DNA of 57,209 bases from assembly GCA_964521215.1 (NCBI GenBank), contig CAZFRD010000001.1:1-57209 (forward strand), written 5' to 3'. A program made the translations under genes and the position numbers. The DNA comes from an uncultured Pseudomonadales bacterium. GTDB lineage: Bacteria > Patescibacteriota > Microgenomatia > UBA1400 > PJMF01. The notes under the pieces were generated by a model that saw nothing but the letters and a program-made list of their open reading frames with translations, made no database searches and had not been told where the DNA came from. Of this stretch, positions 55,441-57,209 are shown one piece after another. The number at the start of each line of letters is the position of its first letter. The first letter of the stretch is position 1.

Positions 55441-55938
55441 ATGACAGAAGCAATTCACTATCCAGTCAACCCGGATCAACTCAGAGCTCCACAATCATCT
55501 GGTGTAGTAATCGACGCGAAGATTCCTACAGATATAAGAGATTCAATTAAAACGGTTCAAGAGGAAGTGATAGTAGCTATACCTGGACAAGCGCCCATGC
55601 CTTTAAATCAGGTAATGCAACAAGAGACACCACCCGTATTGAACGCGGTTGATCTAAATTTAACGACCGAACTAATGCAGCTGGATCCAACACCAACGTC
55701 TACACCGCCAGTTCAGGGTCCAAGAACAGAATTCCCTCAACAAATGTCTGGAGTGATTATTGAGGGAGAATATCCTACTTATCCAGTCTGCCCCCCATAC
55801 GTTGCTCTCCTTCCGGGTGGATTACTCGCTATCGTCTTGGGACACAATAGAAGGGGATTAGTCTCGAATTTGGTAAATAGCCTTGGTAGAAAACTCTCTG
55901 TTGGGGTTAAGAAATATGTTAATAAACGAAGCAGATAA
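55441..55938 (+). CDS. Hypothetical protein, member 1 of a local three-gene family
   Basis: 165 aa. The N-terminal EAIHYPVNPDQLRAPQ resembles EADNHLIYPSEINRSLQP of the next gene. It has a PT-rich middle, a hydrophobic segment and a basic tail. Confidence 0.5.
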   Translation: MTEAIHYPVNPDQLRAPQSSGVVIDAKIPTDIRDSIKTVQEEVIVAIPGQAPMPLNQVMQQETPPVLNAVDLNLTTELMQLDPTPTSTPPVQGPRTEFPQQMSGVIIEGEYPTYPVCPPYVALLPGGLLAIVLGHNRRGLVSNLVNSLGRKLSVGVKKYVNKRSR

Positions 55939-56539
55939 TCATCTAATTTATCCAAGTGAGATAAATCGGTCACTTCAGCCAGTACCAGCAGTTATGTCCG
56001 AGCCTGATTTGAATACTTTACTTGGGCAAGTCTATATCGGTGATAAAAGCTTAGTCGGTCTTTTGCAAGATGCAATGCAAGTAGAATCTGATACTTTTCA
56101 TCAGGAAACTTTTTTAATTGATGGAAAGTATTATGTAATTAAAATTGATGAGATTACAATTGATGGTAAGAATGAAAAGATAGGGAATATTGTTGAGGTG
56201 GACGGGGTCTGGTATCTGGCAAAAATGGCTTATGATGACGATAAAGTTTTTATTGGTTGGACACCAATAATGACTATGCCGCTCAATGTAGCTGAAGCAA
56301 GTGGATTCGTAACAATTGGAGAAACACCAACTCCAGTTCCAGTGCCAACTGTTACTACAGGAATAGAAAATGATAACGAGCAAATTATCATTAAATTACC
56401 ATCAATAGAAAGATTTATTGAAGACTATAAATTCGTAATTATAATTGCAATTATTCTTATTATCTTAAATTTTCCATTTTATAAACCAAAAATATTTATG
56501 AGTATTGTAGAATCTTTGGTAAAAAGGTTTATTCCTTAA
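55916..56539 (+). CDS. Hypothetical protein, member 2 of local family, C-terminal TM helix
   Basis: ATG 55916 gives the N-terminus MLINEADNH, matching MLNMEAVNH of the next gene. The shared block is LLGQVYIGDKSLVGLLQDAMQ versus IINQVLIGNLPLAQMLTQSTQ. The C-terminal helix is FVIIIAIILIILNFPF. Confidence 0.55.
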   Translation: MLINEADNHLIYPSEINRSLQPVPAVMSEPDLNTLLGQVYIGDKSLVGLLQDAMQVESDTFHQETFLIDGKYYVIKIDEITIDGKNEKIGNIVEVDGVWYLAKMAYDDDKVFIGWTPIMTMPLNVAEASGFVTIGETPTPVPVPTVTTGIENDNEQIIIKLPSIERFIEDYKFVIIIAIILIILNFPFYKPKIFMSIVESLVKRFIP

Positions 56540-56598
56540 TGGTATTTAGTAAATAAAATCAATGTTAGTTGAGATTTCAAATAGAATAAGGAAAATAT

Positions 56599-57209
56599 AT
56601 GCTAAACATGGAAGCAGTAAACCACCAGCCGCAGCCGAACATAAGGGACGATCATTTGGGGAGACAAGCAAATACTATTATGATTGATAGCGGATTTATT
56701 GAAGAAAACGCTAGAATTATTAACCAAGTACTGATAGGTAATCTACCATTAGCCCAGATGCTTACGCAGTCTACACAGGATGTTGGCTATAATCAAAGAG
56801 AGGTTAGACCAGATGGTACTGTAATGTGTTGTAAGCCAATACCTGGTGGAAACGGTCGTTTGTGCATGACGGCCGAAGAAAGTGGGAGGAGTTGTGGAAC
56901 TGAGGATAATTTAACCATACAAGATGGGATGTCTGGCGAAGGAAATGGATTGAGCACTGATGAGAATGTAGTAGGTTTTCTTACTGAAGACCTTCCAAAT
57001 GGTACTGTAATGTGTTGTAAGCCAATACCTGGTGGAAACGGTCGTTTGTGCATGACGGCCGAAGAAAGTGGGAGGAGTTGTGGAACTGAGGATAATTTAA
57101 CCATACAAGATGGGATGTCTGGCGAAGGAAATGGATTGAGCACTGATGAGAATGTAGTAGGTTTTCTTACTGAAGACCTTCCAAATGCAATTAGCAACTC
57201 AGAAAGTCC
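56599..57209 (+). CDS. Hypothetical Cys-rich repeat protein, member 3 of local family (3' partial, runs off the window)
   Basis: This ORF is absent from the supplied track because it has no stop in the window. ATG 56599 follows an AAGGA RBS. My translation is MLNMEAVNHQPQPNIRDD..., followed by two identical 62-aa modules: GTVMCCKPIPGGNGRLCMTAEESGRSCGTEDNLTIQDGMSGEGNGLSTDENVVGFLTEDLPN. Confidence 0.6.
   Translation, partial: MLNMEAVNHQPQPNIRDDHLGRQANTIMIDSGFIEENARIINQVLIGNLPLAQMLTQSTQDVGYNQREVRPDGTVMCCKPIPGGNGRLCMTAEESGRSCGTEDNLTIQDGMSGEGNGLSTDENVVGFLTEDLPNGTVMCCKPIPGGNGRLCMTAEESGRSCGTEDNLTIQDGMSGEGNGLSTDENVVGFLTEDLPNAISNSES
56815..57186 (+). repeat. Perfect tandem duplication, 2 x 186 bp, in frame within the 56599 ORF
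   Basis: By direct comparison, 56815-57000 and 57001-57186 appear identical base for base. The period of 186 bp equals 62 codons. Confidence 0.85.

Noticed and set aside
56815-57186. Possible CRISPR array or other non-coding repeat
   Set aside because: There are only two directly abutting units of 186 bp with no spacers. They are in frame within an ORF, which does not fit CRISPR geometry.
56793-57197. 134-aa minus-strand ORF with an internally duplicated sequence
   Set aside because: It lies antisense to the + strand ORF that starts at 56599. That ORF has an RBS, an N-terminus paralogous to the upstream gene, and the repeat in frame. The antisense frame stays open only because of the 186-bp duplication.
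1-57209. Alternative genetic code (UGA as sense codon, as in some CPR lineages)
   Set aside because: Long ORFs are intact under the standard code. TGA terminates several well-defined genes, often in ATGA start/stop overlaps (e.g. 31791-31794, 36932-36935, 48228-48231).
1-57209. tRNA, rRNA, integrase/transposase or prophage boundaries
   Set aside because: The intergenic gaps are too short for such genes or lack cloverleaf-compatible sequence. No recombinase-like ORF or flanking direct repeats were seen around the 6.6-10.7 kb islet.

Overview
The window reads as a compact, gene-dense, moderately AT-rich bacterial chromosome segment. Genes are tightly packed and many are joined by ATGA or 4-8 nt overlaps. 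TGA is used as a stop, so the standard code 11 applies. I found no rRNA, tRNA, CRISPR array, integrase or transposase.

The gene content suggests a reduced-genome, cell-surface-focused organism, possibly Candidate Phyla Radiation/Patescibacteria. This is inference only. It rests on many GT-C-like membrane proteins, a sortase next to a giant adhesin, an AspRS lacking the GAD insertion, and an IMPDH-family protein lacking CBS domains.

Housekeeping genes I recognise:
- frr, rseP, secD, secF, cca, recJ, aspS and sppA
- a GH13 amylase-family enzyme and a PBP5-type carboxypeptidase
- a glucose-1-P nucleotidylyltransferase
- a sugar-nucleotide and glycosylation cluster: ugd, an rmd-like gene, gmd, two GT2 enzymes and several GT-C-like membrane proteins

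Accessory content worth a second look:
1. A roughly 4 kb defence-like islet at 6.7-10.7 kb. It holds a RhuM-Doc fusion with a tightly coupled small ORF, a MazG-like NTP pyrophosphohydrolase translationally coupled to a PD-(D/E)xK nuclease plus SF1 helicase (DUF2075) protein, and a divergent GIY-YIG gene.
2. A 2615-aa surface protein whose LPATG sorting signal is internal. It is followed in frame by a signal-peptide-like segment, an Fn3-like region and a second membrane anchor. The sortase gene overlaps its 3' end.
3. Two adjacent secreted proteins with TasA/camelysin (SipW-cognate)-type signal peptides, with no SipW in the window.
4. An orphan OmpR-type response regulator with Ser at the phospho-acceptor position. 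It sits beside three tandem paralogous genes; the last carries a perfect 186-bp tandem repeat encoding a 4-Cys module and runs off the window.

All functional calls come from motif recognition by eye. No database search was run.
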